The notes beneath the pieces were generated by a model that was not told where the DNA came from, ran no database searches, and worked only from the letters and a program-made list of their open reading frames with translations. DNA of 64,000 bases from the IMG/VR virus record IMGVR_UViG_3300032298_000575, positions 6,005 through 70,004 of that record; one strand, written 5' to 3'. Made by a program: the position numbers and the translations under genes. Positions 63,919 through 64,000 of the stretch are shown here, piece after piece. The DNA comes from a virus. The stretch's first letter is position 1; every line of letters starts with the position of its first letter.

Positions 63919-64000
63919 GCTACGGACTGAGAGACGGGTCTGTCGTGCAACGAACAGCCACCAACCAAGCAAAACAACGCCAAGGTATGCCGAAGATCGA

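Overview
The window looks like most of one temperate, podovirus-like dsDNA phage genome (about 60% GC by eye; host not identifiable from sequence alone). It appears to be in the non-integrated state, because a candidate attP is intact. Layout: (1) an isolated TerS-like HTH gene at 265-765 (-); (2) about 45 small + strand early/accessory genes at 0.9-16.7 kb with shared leaders and repeats, including a GP88-like protein, a C5 DNA methyltransferase, a glycosyltransferase, a SAM methyltransferase and a tRNA-Glu(CTC); (3) a - strand late region from 55.0 to 16.8 kb with TerL, two glycosyltransferase-like genes, portal, HNH, tail fibres, lysis genes, scaffold, major capsid, nozzle, adhesin, a thioredoxin-like protein, adaptor, ejected proteins and a 3356-aa polyvalent protein; (4) attP, tyrosine integrase, small regulators and replication genes on + (resolvase, SF2 helicase, Cas4-like nuclease, SSB-like protein, N-terminal PolA exonuclease). 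Best leads: a methyltransferase whose motif IX appears to be encoded in a nested +1 frame; a tRNA-fragment attP that would not restore the host tRNA, paired with a phage tRNA-Glu; a genome-wide GTAATAAC motif, six GTCC-N6-GGAC palindromes and strand-polar heptad arrays; a thioredoxin inside the tail-fibre module; and a helicase-nuclease fusion split within the nuclease active site. Products were assigned from motifs and synteny by eye; no database searches were run, and counts are manual.
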